Below the pieces are notes generated by a model. That model ran no database searches. It had not been told where the DNA came from and worked only from the letters and a program-made list of their open reading frames with translations. Positions 62,266 through 64,000 of a DNA stretch of 64,000 nt are shown piece by piece. The stretch is from Parcubacteria group bacterium GW2011_GWD2_42_14. Its GTDB lineage: Bacteria; Patescibacteriota; Minisyncoccia; Phycocordibacterales; UBA12088. The stretch is taken from positions 5,220 through 69,219 of the forward strand of contig LCCS01000007.1 in NCBI GenBank assembly GCA_000998045.1, given 5' to 3'. Both the position numbers and the translations under genes were made by a program. Position 1 is the stretch's first letter, and every line of letters starts with the position of its first letter.

Positions 62266-62769
62266 TTAGTTGGTTAAGAGTCGAATCATTTTTTTGATTC
62301 GATGTACATACTCATTTTTTGTTGGTTTTCGAGAAAATCTCTTTCCCTTGATTGGTCCACTCGAAAAGCTAACCGCAAGCGCGTCGTGATTTTTTATTTC
62401 ATACTCCTCTACTAGATAGGTTAAGTACGCCACTCCAACCTTGATATTATTATCAGGGTTAAAAAGATTATTACTAAACCTCTCGTGAGGGTATGCCTCT
62501 CGAACTTGTTCAAGAGCAATTTGCCTTATCTGCATAAGACCTGCTGCTCTAGACTTTTCGTTGAAGGCTCGCGGTTTTCCACTTGATTCAACAAGAATCG
62601 TTGCGGACACAAATATCGGTTCTACCTTTCCACCGAAGCGTTATACATAGAAATCGATTAATTCACCATACCTTTCTGATATCTCACGCACCTCATGATG
62701 TGCATGAACTGTAGTGTATGAGACACCAATAAAAATGAGACCTACTAAAAGAACAATTAGAACTTTCAC
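62266..62769 (-). pseudogene. Small lytic transglycosylase (SLT domain) with signal peptide, interrupted by an in-frame TAA at 62641-62643
   Basis: GGAGGAAGG SD then GTG 62769. MKVLIVLLVGLIFIGVSYTTVHAHHEVREISERYGELIDFYV-TAA-RFGGKVEPIF-VSATILVESSGKPRAFNEKSRAAGLMQI, i.e. the ES…S.AGA.GLMQ SLT catalytic motif, with the E in VESSG. Both parts are in the same frame. Confidence 0.5.
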
Positions 62770-62891
62770 TGTACCTTCCTCCGTTAAGTTTAACTTCAGT
62801 AGTATTGTGACCTATCTAACTCCTCCCATAGTATACCAAACAAGAAAGAGTACGCAAATTTTAGGGCTTAAAATATACGTAATTTAGGAAA

Positions 62892-63395
62892 TCATTTTTG
62901 AGAATCAAGAAGTCGATTCTGTCCGTTAGGACCAAAGAACTCTCGTTTGGCTTTTTTATACTCCTCTAGAGACTTGCCTTCAAATTGACTTTTGAGGCTG
63001 TTGTATTTTTCAAGCATACCTTTATCTTTTCTCAATAAATCCCGAGTTTTATAAAACTCATCAAATTTCGTATCCATGACCGTAACCATGATACTCATCG
63101 GCATTTCAGAGTGATCTTTTTTATGAAAAAGTGCTAATTCATTTGTCCAAAGATGCGGGTGATTCTCATGATATAAACTCTTTAACTTCTCGCATGTAGA
63201 ATGAAAATCTTGTTTGGTAACTCGAATTTGAATATCCAAATCACCCACAGTAAGAGAGCCTGGGACAGAGGTCGCGCCTACATGCTCAACGAGGGCGTTT
63301 GGGCACAAGGTTAGGATATGTTCTTTCTCTTCTTTGAAGAGACCTTTTGCGATAGGCAACAACTCCTCTGTTTTGTAAAAATGTATTGGTGTCAT
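62892..63395 (-). CDS. GrpB/UPF0157 family protein
   Basis: EHVGATSVPGSLTVGDLDIQIRV matches the GrpB HVGSTSVPGL…IDI motif. Confidence 0.65.
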   Translation of the reverse strand: MTPIHFYKTEELLPIAKGLFKEEKEHILTLCPNALVEHVGATSVPGSLTVGDLDIQIRVTKQDFHSTCEKLKSLYHENHPHLWTNELALFHKKDHSEMPMSIMVTVMDTKFDEFYKTRDLLRKDKGMLEKYNSLKSQFEGKSLEEYKKAKREFFGPNGQNRLLDSQK

Positions 63396-63460
63396 TGTGA
63401 AATAGTACCCTATCTTGTAAATCTGAAAAGCTTAAGGTCGAACTATTATCTCGCCACAGC

Positions 63461-63540
63461 GTCAGGCTCGTTACCTGCCTGCGCAGGCAGGCTCAGAACT
63501 CGTTACTCGCTTTACTCGTTACTCTTTCTCGTTGCCAATT
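63461..63540. repeat. Perfect 18-bp palindrome CCTGCCTGCGCAGGCAGG followed by the ACTCGTTACTCGCTTTACTCGTTACTC repeat; overlaps the 3' end of rlmN
   Basis: Direct read; third occurrence of the ACTCGCTTTACTC core. Confidence 0.4.
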
Positions 63541-64000
63541 GCCCACATGCACCTTCAATATCTCTACCGAAACGATAGCGAATAGCTACATCGACCCCTG
63601 CTCTCTCGAGAAGTGACTTGAAATGATTGATTTGCTTTTCACTCGTTGCCGTATATTTTCCTGTCGGATTATATGAGATAAGGTTTACCATACACAATTT
63701 ACCTTTGAGAATTTTTCCAAGCTCTATGGCGTGGTCATCAGTATCATTCACACCATCGACGAGCAGGTACTCAAACATCACCTTACGCTTGGTCACGCGT
63801 ACGTATTCGTCAATAACCTCCATAAGTTTCTCTATGGAGTACGTGCGCCCGATAGGCATTATCTCTCCACGCACTACATCGTTACTTGCATGGAGTGATA
63901 CTGCGAGGTTAACGGGCAAGTCTTCATTCGCAAGCCTTTGTATACCCTCAAGGATACCACACGTGGAAATTGAAATATGCCGAGCACCGATACCGAACAT
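63512..64000 (-). CDS. rlmN: 23S rRNA (adenine2503-C2) methyltransferase RlmN/Cfr family, C-terminal part (gene start beyond window end)
   Basis: ISISTCG, LAVSLHASNDVVRGEIMPI, FEYLLVDGVNDTDDHA, CMVNLISYNP, and a C-terminal GRDIEGACGQLA with the second catalytic Cys. Confidence 0.7.
   Translation of the reverse strand: MFGIGARHISISTCGILEGIQRLANEDLPVNLAVSLHASNDVVRGEIMPIGRTYSIEKLMEVIDEYVRVTKRKVMFEYLLVDGVNDTDDHAIELGKILKGKLCMVNLISYNPTGKYTATSEKQINHFKSLLERAGVDVAIRYRFGRDIEGACGQLATRKSNE

Overview
This 64-kb, moderately AT-rich bacterial window is gene-dense, and every gene from 1 to 43755 lies on the minus strand. The first ~44 kb is an accessory-looking block of cell-surface and secreted proteins. 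It holds two giant proteins: one longer than 4100 aa that runs off the window start, with FN3-type YWWRVRA repeats, and a 3333-aa protein built from three kinds of internal repeats. A membrane-anchored cohesin-like protein sits next to a protein ending in a clear tandem dockerin motif. A Firmicutes csc/WxL-style cluster follows: three paralogous signal-peptide/beta-domain/C-terminal-TM-anchor proteins (DufA/CscA-like architecture) plus a WxL-like protein split across two ORFs. The block also holds a frameshifted FGE/SUMF1-family gene, an Hsp20, a secreted protein with an acidic N-terminus and beta-propeller-like repeats, and an ECF sigma/anti-sigma pair. The last ~20 kb is housekeeping: mscL, a ZIP transporter, an LRR protein, ctpA, zwf-gnd-pgl, a RimK-like ATP-grasp gene, rlmB, PhoH2 (PIN+PhoH), a GGDEF protein with a YGDEF motif, an ABC-F ATPase, Nudix, a CreD-like protein, an SLT-domain gene interrupted by an in-frame TAA, GrpB, and the 3' part of rlmN. 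No rRNA, tRNA or CRISPR array was seen. The giant surface proteins, cohesin/dockerin and sparse metabolism resemble what is reported for CPR/Patescibacteria genomes; this is an inference only. The non-coding space is unusually structured, with four separate findings. (1) A 5-copy family of ~120-210-nt elements carries an outer 16-17-bp inverted repeat that covaries between copies, and every copy sits at the 3' end of a minus-strand gene. (2) A 3-copy ~118-bp element with 12-bp terminal inverted repeats and an internal GGTCAC-N3-GTGACC palindrome abuts the ATG of mscL, the ATP-grasp gene and rlmB. (3) Several CGAGT/TTGCGAG-rich short-repeat families recur in intergenic spacers. (4) GC-rich perfect hairpins flanked by AAAGTT repeats occur twice. 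Three genes are disrupted by single frame or stop lesions (FGE, WxL-like, SLT). All coordinates for non-coding features are hand-indexed and may be off by 1-2 nt.
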